36,303 bases of DNA from Lysobacteraceae bacterium (GTDB lineage Bacteria > Pseudomonadota > Gammaproteobacteria > DSM-19610), in the NCBI GenBank assembly GCA_020201295.1, contig JAIVHA010000009.1, positions 1 through 36,303 on the forward strand, written 5' to 3'. Each line of letters opens with the position of its first letter. The first letter of the stretch is position 1. This document shows positions 9,953-19,054 of the stretch, piece after piece. Under the pieces are notes generated by a model, which ran no database searches, was not told where the DNA came from, and saw only the letters and a program-made list of their open reading frames with translations. The position numbers and the translations under genes were made by a program.

Positions 9953-10929
9953 ATGGGCAAGAACGTAGTGGTGATCGGCACCCAGTGGGGTGACGAGGGC
10001 AAGGGCAAGGTGGTGGACCTGCTCACCGAGGAGGCCGCAAGATCGCCCGCCGTGGCCTCAAGCTGGGCGAGATCTTCCTGCGCGAGCGCCTGGCGGCGCG
10101 CCTCGGCGAGGTGATGGATTATCACAACTTCGCCCTGAAGCACTATTTCAAGACCGATACGGTGGATTTCCAGCAGGTGCTGGACGAGACCTTGGCCATG
10201 GCCGATGTGCTGGAGCCGATGATCGCCGACATACCCGAACTGCTCTACCAGCATCGGCGCGAAGGCCGCAACGTGATGTTCGAGGGCGCCCAGGGCGCCC
10301 TGCTGGACATCGATCATGGCACCTATCCCTTCGTGACCTCGTCCAATACCACCGCGGGCGGCGCCTGTACCGGCACCGGCGTGGGGCCGCGTGACCTGGA
10401 CTACATCCTGGGCATCACCAAGGCCTATACTACCCGCGTGGGGGCCGGCCCCTTCCCCACGGAACTCTACGATGGCGTGGAACTGCAGGACGCGGTGGGC
10501 GCCTACCTGGCGAAGAAGGGACGCGAATTTGGTTCCACCACCGGCCGGCCGCGCCGCTGCGGCTGGTTCGATGCGGTGGCCCTGCGCCGCGCCAACCAGA
10601 TCAACAGCGTTACCGGCATGTGCATCACCAAGCTCGACGTGCTGGACGGCATCGACACCATCCGCCTGTGCGTGGGCTATCGCTACAACGGGGTGGAGCG
10701 GCTGACGCCGCCGGTGGGCGCCGAGGCCTTCGCCACCTGCGAACCGATCTACGAGGACATGCCCGGCTGGAAGGATTCCACCGTCGGAGTGAAGGACTAC
10801 GATGCGCTGCCGGCCAATGCCAAGGCCTATCTCAAGCGCATCGAGGAAGTGGTGGAGACCCCGGTCGACATCATCTCCACCGGTCCCGATCGGGCCGAGA
10901 GCATTATCCTGCGGCACCCCTTTGCGTAA
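9953..10929 (+). pseudogene. purA: adenylosuccinate synthetase, internally truncated and frameshifted as sequenced
   Basis: ATG 9953 gives [28 protein letters not shown], then the frame hits TGA at 10112. PurA homology resumes in another frame at 10039 ([26 protein letters not shown]...) and runs to TAA 10929. About 110 N-terminal core codons are absent. Confidence 0.8.
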
Positions 10930-10951
10930 GGACGCGGGGAAACGCGGGCAT

Positions 10952-10984
10952 AAAAAAACGGGTGTGGAATCCACACCCGTTTTT
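10952..10984. terminator. bidirectional Rho-independent terminator shared by purA and tRNA-Leu
   Basis: A7 tract, a perfect 10-bp stem acgggtgtgg/ccacacccgt with loop aat, then a T5 tract. Confidence 0.8.
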
Positions 10985-10988
10985 GAGT

Positions 10989-11075
10989 TGGTGCCGAGGA
11001 GAGGACTTGAACCTCCACTGGGTTACCCCAACTAGCACCTGAAGCTAGCGTGTCTACCAATTTCACCACCTCGGC
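10989..11075 (-). tRNA. tRNA-Leu (anticodon CAG), class II with long variable arm, CCA encoded
   Basis: The reverse complement folds as a cloverleaf. Acceptor stem is GCCGAGG/CCTCGGC, anticodon stem is CTAGC/GCTAG with loop TTCAGGT, the T-loop is TTCAAGT and the 3' end is ACCA. Confidence 0.9.
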
Positions 11076-11115
11076 TTTTCACGCCGTCGGCTCGCGCCTA
11101 CGCCGGAAGCCGCGA

Positions 11116-11144
11116 ACTTTACCCGCAGCGCTGGAGCTTGTCAA
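11116..11144 (-). promoter_or_regulatory. candidate sigma-70 promoter for tRNA-Leu
   Basis: On the minus strand: TTGACA, a 17-nt spacer, then TAAAGT, about 40 nt upstream of the mature tRNA 5' end. Confidence 0.45.
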
Positions 11145-11197
11145 TGCGCTGCCTATACTATTCAAACCGCCCGGTGGACGGGCCACAAGAGTCAACC

Positions 11198-13558
11198 ATG
11201 GTACGTAAACGCAACAACAAGAAATCCCCCGCCGTGCAGCAGGATCCCCTGGCCGAGCGCGAGGCCGCCAAGTACGACAATCCCATCCCCAGCCGCGAAT
11301 TCATCATGGATCTGCTGGCCGAGCGCGGCAAGCTGATGCGCCGCGACGACATCGCCGAGGCCCTGGGCCTGGAGGACGAGGATCAGCTGGAGGCCCTGCG
11401 ACGGCGCCTCAACGCCATGGAGCGCGACGGCCAGCTGATTCAGAACCGCCGCGAGGGCTACGGCCTGGTGGACAAGATGGACATGGTGCGCGGCCGTATC
11501 ATCGCCCACCCCGATGGCTTCGGTTTCCTGGTGCCCGACGAGGGCGGCGACGACCTGTTCCTGTCCGGCCGCACCATGCGCGAGGTGCTGCACGGCGACC
11601 GCGCCGTGGCGCGGGTGGTGGGCCTGGACCGCCGCGGTCGCCGCGAGGGCGCCATCGTCGAGGTGCTGGAACGCAACACCCATACGGTGGTGGGCCGCTA
11701 TTCCCGCGAGCAGGGTGTCGGCCTGGTGATCCCCGACAACAAGCGCCTGCCCATCGAGGTGTCCATCCCCGACGACTGGCGCCTCGACGCCCAGCCGAAC
11801 CAGTTCGTCACCGTACAGCTGGTGGAGCAGCCGAGCCGCCGCCGTCCGCCAGTGGGGCGCATCACCGAGGTGATCGGCGACCACATGGCGCCGGGCATGG
11901 AGATCGACGTCGCCATCCGCAGCCACGACCTGCCCCTGCACTGGCCGGACGCGGTGCAGGAAGAGACCAGGAAATACACCGACAAGGTGCCGTCCGCCGC
12001 CAAGCGCGACCGGCTGGACCTGCGCGAGACACCCCTGGTGACCATCGACGGCGCGGACTCCCGAGACTTCGACGATGCCGTGTACTGCGAACGCAAGCCC
12101 AAGGGCTGGCGCCTGCTGGTCGCCATCGCCGACGTGTCCCACTATGTGAAGCCGGGATCGGCCCTGGACAAGGAGGCCCTGGTGCGCGGCAACTCGGTGT
12201 ATTTCCCCGAGCGGGTCATTCCCATGCTGCCGGAGATCCTGTCCAATGGATTGTGCTCGCTGAACCCGGAGGTGGATCGCCTGTGCATGGTGTGCGAGAT
12301 GTACATCAACCAGGAAGGCAAGATCACCCGCTCCAGCTTCCACGAGGCACTGATGCGCTCCCATGCCCGACTCACCTACGAGCAGGTCGCGGCCATGGTG
12401 ATAGATAATCATGCCGGCACGCGCAAGCAGTTTGCCGCCGTGGCTCCCCCCCTGGAAGAGCTCTATCGCCTCTATCATGTGCTGCGCAAGGTGCGTGAGC
12501 AGCGCGGTGCCATCGACTTCGAGACCACCGAGACCCGTATCGTGTTCGGTTCCGAGCGCAAGATCGATCGCATCGTGCCGGTGCAGCGCAACGACGCCCA
12601 CAAGATCATCGAGGAATGCATGATCGCCGCCAACGTGGCGACGGCGCGCTTCCTCGGGCGCAACAAGATCCCCACCCTGTACCGGGTGCACGAGGGTCCG
12701 AAGCAGGAAAAGGTCGTCGCGCTGCGGGAATTCCTCGGCGAGCTGGGCCTGTCCCTGCGTGGTGGTGAGAAGCCCGCGGCCAAGGACTATGCGCGGTTGC
12801 TGTCCTCCATCGGTGACCGGCCCGATGCCCACCTGATCCAGACCGTCATGCTGCGCTCCCTGTCCCAGGCCCGCTACAGCCCGGACAACGTCGGGCACTT
12901 CGGCCTGGCCCACGAGGAATACCTGCATTTCACCTCGCCCATCCGCCGCTACCCGGACCTGCTGGTGCACCGCGCCATCCGTCATGTGCTGCAGGGCAAG
13001 CAGAACAAGAGCCTGATGACCCGCGCCGTGCAGCGTGTCACCGGCACCAAGGCCAAGGGCTTTGCCTATACCCATGGCGACATGGTGTCCATGGGCGAGA
13101 ACTGTTCCGCCACCGAGCGGCGCGCCGACGAGGCCACCCGCGATGCCGTGGACTGGCTCAAGTGCGAGTACATGCTGGACAAGGTGGGCGAGGAATACCC
13201 GGGTGTGATCACGAGTGTGACCTCGTTCGGGATTTTCGTGGAGCTATCGGATATCTTTGTCGAGGGTCTGGTCCATGTCACCTCGCTGAAAAACGATTAC
13301 TATCATTTCGACCCGGCCCACCACCGCCTGCTGGGGGAGCGCACCAACAAGATGTACCGGCTGGGCGACCCCATCCGCGTGCAGGTAGCGCGCGTGGACC
13401 TCGATGAGCGTAAGATCGACTTCATGCTGGCCGAACAGGAGAAGGGCGGCAAGCAGACAAAGGCCGGGGACGCCGAGCAGCGGCCCCGCAGTAAGAAGAA
13501 ATCCTCCAGACGCGGGCCACGCCGTGGCCGGGGAAAAACCAAGGAAACTTCATCATGA
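11198..13558 (+). CDS. rnr: ribonuclease R
   Basis: Conserved N-terminus (EREAAKYDNPIPSREFI), cold-shock-like domains, RNB catalytic domain (IDGADSRDFDDAV), C-terminal S1 domain and a Lys/Arg-rich tail. Start placed at ATG 11198. Confidence 0.9.
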   Translation: MVRKRNNKKSPAVQQDPLAEREAAKYDNPIPSREFIMDLLAERGKLMRRDDIAEALGLEDEDQLEALRRRLNAMERDGQLIQNRREGYGLVDKMDMVRGRIIAHPDGFGFLVPDEGGDDLFLSGRTMREVLHGDRAVARVVGLDRRGRREGAIVEVLERNTHTVVGRYSREQGVGLVIPDNKRLPIEVSIPDDWRLDAQPNQFVTVQLVEQPSRRRPPVGRITEVIGDHMAPGMEIDVAIRSHDLPLHWPDAVQEETRKYTDKVPSAAKRDRLDLRETPLVTIDGADSRDFDDAVYCERKPKGWRLLVAIADVSHYVKPGSALDKEALVRGNSVYFPERVIPMLPEILSNGLCSLNPEVDRLCMVCEMYINQEGKITRSSFHEALMRSHARLTYEQVAAMVIDNHAGTRKQFAAVAPPLEELYRLYHVLRKVREQRGAIDFETTETRIVFGSERKIDRIVPVQRNDAHKIIEECMIAANVATARFLGRNKIPTLYRVHEGPKQEKVVALREFLGELGLSLRGGEKPAAKDYARLLSSIGDRPDAHLIQTVMLRSLSQARYSPDNVGHFGLAHEEYLHFTSPIRRYPDLLVHRAIRHVLQGKQNKSLMTRAVQRVTGTKAKGFAYTHGDMVSMGENCSATERRADEATRDAVDWLKCEYMLDKVGEEYPGVITSVTSFGIFVELSDIFVEGLVHVTSLKNDYYHFDPAHHRLLGERTNKMYRLGDPIRVQVARVDLDERKIDFMLAEQEKGGKQTKAGDAEQRPRSKKKSSRRGPRRGRGKTKETSS

Positions 13559-13961
13559 TGAAAAAATTACTGATTGTTGCCATAGTCGCGGCCATTTCCG
13601 GCTGGTGTCTTTCGACTTCGGCAAGGCAGATCTCAAGCCGGCTTTCCTCCCCACCCTGGACAAGGTGGCGGACCTGCTGCACCGCTACGACCGTACCGTG
13701 GTGCACGTCATCGGCCACACCGACAATGTCGGTTCCGAGTCCTATAACCAGGGCCTGTCGGAACGGCGTGCCCAAAGCGTCGTGACCTATCTCACCAACC
13801 GGGGTATTGCCTGGCAGCGGCTGGTCACTGAGGGCCGCGGTATGCGCGAACCCCGCGCCAGTAACGCGACCGAGGCCGGTCGCCAGCTGAACCGTCGCGT
13901 GGAACTCCTGATCAAGCCGGTGGTGGAAGGCCAGGAACAGCGCGCCTACGAGCCGCGCTGA
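13555..13961 (+). pseudogene. OmpA-family (OmpA_C/peptidoglycan-binding) lipoprotein, frameshifted as sequenced
   Basis: Signal peptide MMKKLLIVAIVAAISG is in one frame. The OmpA_C domain (LVSFDFGKADLKP...GHTDNVGSESYNQGLSERRAQSV...NRRVELLI) is in another frame from about 13602. The junction lies within ggctggtg at 13600-13607. Confidence 0.7.
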
Positions 13962-13973
13962 GTTTCCCGGCGG

Positions 13974-14726
13974 GTGAACACCGGGGAGCGGGTATTCGGG
14001 CTGCACGCGGTGCGCAGCCTGCTGGAACGCACGCCGGGACGGATCCGCCAGCTGTGGGTGCTGGACAGTCGCCAGGACGGGCGCTTGCAGGAATTGGTTG
14101 CCCTGGCCGAGGCGGCGCGCATCCCGGTCGCCCTGCGTTCCCGCCGGGAACTGGACGAACTGGGTGGCCAGGGGCAACACCAGGGCGTATTGGCCGAGGT
14201 GGAGGCCCAGCCCGTGCTGAACGAAGCCGCCCTGCCGGAGTTCCTGGCGGGCCTGGCGGACCCCCCCTTCCTGCTCATCCTCGACGGCGTTCAGGACCCC
14301 CACAACCTGGGCGCCTGCCTGCGCAGCGCCGATGCCGCCGGGGTCCATGCGGTTATCGTCCCCCGCGACAAGTCCGTGGGTCTCACCCCGGTGGTGCGCA
14401 AGGTGGCCTGCGGGGCGGCGGAGACCGTGCCGCTGCTGGCGGTCACCAACCTGGCGCGCACCCTGCGCGGCCTGCGCGAGGCCGGCATCTGGCTCTACGG
14501 TGCGGCCGGCGAGGCCAGTGACGGCCTCTACCAGACCCGCCTCACCGGCCCCCTGGGGCTGGTCCTGGGCGGGGAGGGCAAGGGCCTGCGGCGCCTCACC
14601 CGCGAGCACTGCGACGGCCTGTTCGCCATCCCCATGGCCGGCACGGTGGAGAGCCTCAATGTCTCCGTGGCCACCGGTATTGCCCTGTTCGAGGCCCGGC
14701 GCCAGCGCATCCAGCCAAGTATTTGA
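13974..14726 (+). CDS. rlmB: 23S rRNA (guanosine-2'-O)-methyltransferase RlmB (SpoU/TrmH family)
   Basis: SpoU motifs are present (DGVQDPHNLGACLRSA, LVLGGEGKGL, ESLNVSVA). Position after rnr matches E. coli. Confidence 0.85.
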   Translation: MNTGERVFGLHAVRSLLERTPGRIRQLWVLDSRQDGRLQELVALAEAARIPVALRSRRELDELGGQGQHQGVLAEVEAQPVLNEAALPEFLAGLADPPFLLILDGVQDPHNLGACLRSADAAGVHAVIVPRDKSVGLTPVVRKVACGAAETVPLLAVTNLARTLRGLREAGIWLYGAAGEASDGLYQTRLTGPLGLVLGGEGKGLRRLTREHCDGLFAIPMAGTVESLNVSVATGIALFEARRQRIQPSI

Positions 14727-14751
14727 ATTTCGCCCCCCGCTTGCGTAGAAT
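14723..14751 (+). promoter_or_regulatory. candidate sigma-70 promoter of the rpsF operon
   Basis: TTGAAT (14723-14728), an exact 17-nt spacer, then TAGAAT (14746-14751). It lies about 80 nt upstream of the rpsF ATG, ahead of a structured GC-rich leader. Confidence 0.6.
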
Positions 14752-14830
14752 GCCGGCCTTCGGGCGGTTCCGCCGCCCATCTCCTTGCCACTGGCCCCGG
14801 GTCGGTGGCTGTAACCCGTAGGGAGCTACA

Positions 14831-15229
14831 ATGCGACATTACGAAATCGTGTTCCTGGTCCACCCGGACCAGAGTGAACAGGTACCTGCCATGGTGGAAC
14901 GCTACCGCGCCACCATCGAAGGGTCCGGCGGCAAGATCCATCGTCTCGAAGACTGGGGTCGCCGCCAGTTGGCCTATCCCATCCAGAAAGTGGCCAAGGC
15001 CCACTACGTACTCATGAACATCGAGTGCGACACCCCTACGCTGGAAGAATTGACCAGCGCCTTCCGCTTCAATGATGCCGTGCTGCGTAACCTGGTGATC
15101 AACCGCAAGAGTGCGGACACCGAGGTATCGCCCCTGGCCAAGCGGGACGAGAAGGACCAGGAACGCGGTAGTCGTGATGACTCCGATAACGACCGCGACC
15201 AGGACGACAGCGACGAGGATGCTGCCTAG
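14831..15229 (+). CDS. rpsF: 30S ribosomal protein S6
   Basis: [18 protein letters not shown]... with an acidic C-terminal tail. GGGAG Shine-Dalgarno upstream. Confidence 0.95.
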   Translation: MRHYEIVFLVHPDQSEQVPAMVERYRATIEGSGGKIHRLEDWGRRQLAYPIQKVAKAHYVLMNIECDTPTLEELTSAFRFNDAVLRNLVINRKSADTEVSPLAKRDEKDQERGSRDDSDNDRDQDDSDEDAA

Positions 15230-15393
15230 GAGCCTGTCGGACTTGAGGCTGATCTATTGCGCCGGCGGGAGAGCGGCCCAAATTTCCCTGATGTCTCGTT
15301 GCGTAGGTCCACTATGCGCCTCGAAATCATGAAAATTTGTTCTCACTCTCCCACCTTGCTCGCTACGATCGCTCAAGTCCGACAGGCTCCTAG
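15226..15393. mobile_element. hairpin MITE, copy 1 (168 bp, perfect 22-bp terminal inverted repeats ctaggagcctgtcggacttgag)
   Basis: Left terminus 15226-15247 is the exact reverse complement of 15372-15393. Inner arms are also imperfectly complementary. The first CTAG contains the rpsF TAG stop. A second copy starts at 30181. Confidence 0.8.
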
Positions 15394-15411
15394 CACGGGC
15401 TGCGCCGAGCG

Positions 15412-15720
15412 GTGATGGACAACCAGCTGGTCCTGACCGGCACCGTCACCCGCAAGCCGGCCACCCGCACCAGCCCCGCGGGAATTCCCATCAGCCGTTT
15501 CGGACTGGAGCACCAGTCCCGGCAGATGGAAGTCGGCAGGGAGCGCTCGGTAGAGTGCTGGATCCGGGTGGTCGCCGGTGGCGAGGCACTGCAGGACACG
15601 ATCCGGCGGCTGAACCAGGGCAGCCGGGTACGCGTCACAGGGTTTCTCGCTCGCCGCAGTCACCGGGATCCGGCAACGGAACTGGAACTGCACGCCCTGC
15701 ACATTGATTGTTTGGATTGA
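15412..15720 (+). CDS. priB: primosomal replication protein N (PriB, SSB-fold)
   Basis: About 100-aa OB-fold protein (NQLVLTGTVTRKPATRTSPAGIPISRFGLEH) in the conserved slot between rpsF and rpsR. Start is GTG 15412 or ATG 15415. Confidence 0.8.
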   Translation: MMDNQLVLTGTVTRKPATRTSPAGIPISRFGLEHQSRQMEVGRERSVECWIRVVAGGEALQDTIRRLNQGSRVRVTGFLARRSHRDPATELELHALHIDCLD

Positions 15721-15752
15721 ATTGCAACACCACGACATAGAGGTGGATTACC

Positions 15753-15977
15753 ATGGCCCGTTTTTTCCGTCGCCGTAAATTCTGTCGCTTCACCGCCGAA
15801 GGCGTGAAGGAAATCGACTACAAGGATCTCGCGACTCTCAAGAACTACGTTAGCGAAACCGGCAAGATCGTGCCCAGCCGTATCACGGGCACCAAGGCCA
15901 GATACCAGCGTCAGCTGTCGACCGCCATCAAGCGGGCGCGTTTCCTGGCACTGCTGCCGTACACCGATTCCCATTGA
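15753..15977 (+). CDS. rpsR: 30S ribosomal protein S18
   Basis: [25 protein letters not shown]...[20 protein letters not shown]. Confidence 0.95.
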   Translation: MARFFRRRKFCRFTAEGVKEIDYKDLATLKNYVSETGKIVPSRITGTKARYQRQLSTAIKRARFLALLPYTDSH

Positions 15978-16062
15978 GGGATTCGGCAGGCGGGGACCGA
16001 CGGTCCCTGCCTGCGGGCGGCTGGTCTGTCCGGCCCTGACCGGCCGGGCGGATCGATAAACC

Positions 16063-16983
16063 ATGCGCGCGATTGCGAATTTCATAATGGCCGGGCGCCT
16101 CCAGGCCATGCTGGTCGCGGCGAGCAGCTCGGTACTGAGCCTGTTGTTGCCGCCCATCACCGCGGTGCTGGCCTATGTGGGGGCCGGGGCCTTGATGCTG
16201 GTCACCCTGCGCCTGGGGCCCACGGAAGGCGCCCGGGTCATGGGTGGCGCCCTGCTGGCCACGGGTCTGTTTGCCTGGCTGGCCCTGGGGCAGCCAGTGC
16301 CGGTGGTGATCGCCACCCTGATCCTGTGGCTTCCGGCCTGGGTGCTGGCCACGCTACTGCGCGGTAGCCAGTCCCTGTCCTGGACCCTGCAGCTGGCCAC
16401 GGCCATGGCCTTGTTGGGAGTGTTGCTCGCCCATGTGCTGGTGGGTGACCTCGCGGCCCGCTGGCGCGAGATCCTGCAGCCCCTGGGCGAGTTGGCCTCG
16501 CAACAGGCGGATTTGAACCAGGAGCAGGTACAGGCGCTGGTGTACCAGGTCGCCAACCTGATGACCGGCGCCGTGGCGGCTACCCTGCTGCTGGGTCTGT
16601 TGTTGAGCCTGGCGCTGGCCCGCGGTTGGCAGGCGTTGCTCTACAACCCGGGCGGTTTTCGCCTGGAATTTCACACCCTGGCATTGCCGGGGTGGATGGG
16701 CGCCATGGCGCTGGCGTGCCTGCTCGGAGCCCGCTTCGTGGCAGGGGAGGCCGGGGCCCTGCTGCTGCAGATCGGCCTGGTGGCCCTGGTGCCCTTCCTG
16801 TTCGTGGGGCTGGCGGTGGCGCATGCCACGGCCGCTCGCCTGGGCCTGAAACCGGCCTGGCTGGTGGCACTGTATGTGCTGTTGCTGTTCCTGCCGCAGG
16901 CCCTGGTGCTGGTGGTGGTGTTGGGCGTATTGGATGGCTGGTTCCGGTTCCGGAGAAACGCTTCGGGGACGGGTGCCGCATAG
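16063..16983 (+). CDS. polytopic inner-membrane protein of unknown function
   Basis: 306-aa ORF made almost entirely of hydrophobic helices, sitting between rpsR and rplI. No motif I can name. Confidence 0.55.
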   Translation: MRAIANFIMAGRLQAMLVAASSSVLSLLLPPITAVLAYVGAGALMLVTLRLGPTEGARVMGGALLATGLFAWLALGQPVPVVIATLILWLPAWVLATLLRGSQSLSWTLQLATAMALLGVLLAHVLVGDLAARWREILQPLGELASQQADLNQEQVQALVYQVANLMTGAVAATLLLGLLLSLALARGWQALLYNPGGFRLEFHTLALPGWMGAMALACLLGARFVAGEAGALLLQIGLVALVPFLFVGLAVAHATAARLGLKPAWLVALYVLLLFLPQALVLVVVLGVLDGWFRFRRNASGTGAA

Positions 16984-17052
16984 TGATGAACCGGTCGGGC
17001 CTGCCCGACCTATTGTGAGACCCGGCCGCGCCGGGGCAATGGGGTAATGACG

Positions 17053-17499
17053 ATGGATGTGATTCTGCTCAAGAAAGTGGAGAACCTGGGTGGCCTGGGC
17101 GACAAGGTAAAGGTGCGTTCGGGCTATGGCCGTAATTTCCTGATCCCTTCCGGCAAGGCCACCGCGGCCACGGAAGAGAATATCAAGGCCTTCGAGGAGC
17201 GCCGTGCCGAGCTGGAAAAGGCCGCCGCCGAGGTCATGGCCGCCGCCGAGGCGCGCCGCGAGAAGCTCGATGGCATCAGTGTCACTATCGCCTCCAAGGT
17301 CGGTGACGAAGGCAAGCTGTTCGGCTCCGTGGGTACCAGCGACATCGCCCATGCCATCAGCGACACCGGCGTGGCCGTGGAACGCAGCGAGATCCGCATG
17401 CCCGAAGGTGCGTTCCGCACGGTGGGTGAGTATGAGGTTCACGTTCACCTGCACGGCGATGTCAATGCCACCGTCCAGGTGGTGGTGGTCGCCGAGTAA
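17053..17499 (+). CDS. rplI: 50S ribosomal protein L9
   Basis: [35 protein letters not shown] 17053 is preferred; an in-frame ATG at 17047 is an alternative. Confidence 0.9.
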   Translation: MDVILLKKVENLGGLGDKVKVRSGYGRNFLIPSGKATAATEENIKAFEERRAELEKAAAEVMAAAEARREKLDGISVTIASKVGDEGKLFGSVGTSDIAHAISDTGVAVERSEIRMPEGAFRTVGEYEVHVHLHGDVNATVQVVVVAE

Positions 17500-17641
17500 G
17501 CCCTTCCCGCTGCCCTGACCGGGCGGTCAAGCCTACAGGGATGTAAGCCCGGCGCCTAATCCGCCGGGCGGGCTTTGCCGGGCTTCGGCTTGGTAGTATC
17601 CTCTTGGCATAACAGATCCAGGGCGCTTCCGCGCCGGACCC

Positions 17642-19054
17642 ATGGGAATCTTCATGCCGGAATCGTTGCAGGCCGCCGCGGCGCTCGATCTCAATACCGA
17701 ATCGCTGAAAATACCGCCCCATTCCATCCAGGCGGAACAGTCTGTACTGGGCGGACTGATGCTGGAAAACAGCGCCTGGGACGAGGTGGCCGACCGTCTC
17801 ACGGAAGAGGATTTCTACCGTCGCGACCACCGGCTGATCTTCGAGGCCATCCGTACCCTGGTGGACCAGGGCAGTCCCTACGATGTCATCACCCTTTCCG
17901 AATGGCTGGGCAAGCAGGATGCCCTGGATACCGCCGGCGGCCTGTCCTATCTCGGCACCCTGGCCAAGAACACCCCCAGTGCCGCCAATATCCGTGCCTA
18001 TGCCGAGATCGTGCGCGAGTATTCGGTATTGCGCCAACTGATCGGCGTGGGTACCAGTATCGCCAACTCCGGCTATTTTCCCGAGGGTCGCGATGCCAAG
18101 GAACTGGTGGATCATGCCGAGCAACAGGTCTTCCAGATCGCCGAGCAGGGCAGCCACGGCCGCAACGGTTTCGTGCGCATCAAGGACTTGCTGTCCGCGG
18201 CGGTGGACAAGATCGATGAACTGTTTCATCGGGACAATCCCATCACCGGTGTGCCCACCGGCTTCAATGATTTCGATGAATTGACCGCCGGGCTGCAGAA
18301 CTCGGACCTGATCATCGTGGCCGGCCGCCCGTCCATGGGCAAGACCACTTACGCCATGAACATCGCCGAGAACGCGGCCATACGCGAAAAGATCCCGACC
18401 GCGGTGTTCAGCATGGAAATGCCGGGGGAACAGCTGGCCATGCGTCTCATGTCCTCCCTGGGCCATATCGATCAGCACAAGGTGCGCACCGGCAAGCTGG
18501 AAGATGACGACTGGCCGCGGTTGACCTCGGCGGTAAGCATTCTCGCCGAGGCACCCCTGTTCATCGACGACACCCCGGCCCTGAGTCCCACCGACCTGCG
18601 CGCCCGCGCGCGGCGCCTGAAACGCGAGCACGGCCTGGGCCTGATCGTCGTCGACTACCTGCAGCTGATGCAGACGGGACGTGGCGGGTCGGATAACCGC
18701 ACCAATGAGATCTCGGAAATCTCCCGTGGTCTCAAGGCATTGGCCAAGGAACTTCATGTGCCGGTCATTGCCCTGTCGCAGCTCAACCGTGGCCTCGAAC
18801 AGCGCCCCAACAAGCGCCCGGTGATGTCCGACCTGCGTGAATCCGGTGCCATCGAGCAGGATGCCGACGTCATCGTGTTCATCTACCGTGACGAGGTCTA
18901 CAACCCCGACAGCCCCGACAAGGGCACGGCCGAGATCATCATCGGCAAGCAGCGTAACGGGCCCATCGGTTCCGTGCGCCTGACCTTCCTCGGCCAGTAC
19001 ACCCGTTTCGAGAACTTCGTGCCCGAGATCTACAGCGACGAGGGGTATCCATGA
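17642..19054 (+). CDS. dnaB: replicative DNA helicase DnaB
   Basis: N-terminal PPHSIQAEQSVLGG, Walker A GRPSMGKTT, DYLQLM and ALSQLNR. The start could be ATG 17654. Confidence 0.9.
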   Translation: MGIFMPESLQAAAALDLNTESLKIPPHSIQAEQSVLGGLMLENSAWDEVADRLTEEDFYRRDHRLIFEAIRTLVDQGSPYDVITLSEWLGKQDALDTAGGLSYLGTLAKNTPSAANIRAYAEIVREYSVLRQLIGVGTSIANSGYFPEGRDAKELVDHAEQQVFQIAEQGSHGRNGFVRIKDLLSAAVDKIDELFHRDNPITGVPTGFNDFDELTAGLQNSDLIIVAGRPSMGKTTYAMNIAENAAIREKIPTAVFSMEMPGEQLAMRLMSSLGHIDQHKVRTGKLEDDDWPRLTSAVSILAEAPLFIDDTPALSPTDLRARARRLKREHGLGLIVVDYLQLMQTGRGGSDNRTNEISEISRGLKALAKELHVPVIALSQLNRGLEQRPNKRPVMSDLRESGAIEQDADVIVFIYRDEVYNPDSPDKGTAEIIIGKQRNGPIGSVRLTFLGQYTRFENFVPEIYSDEGYP

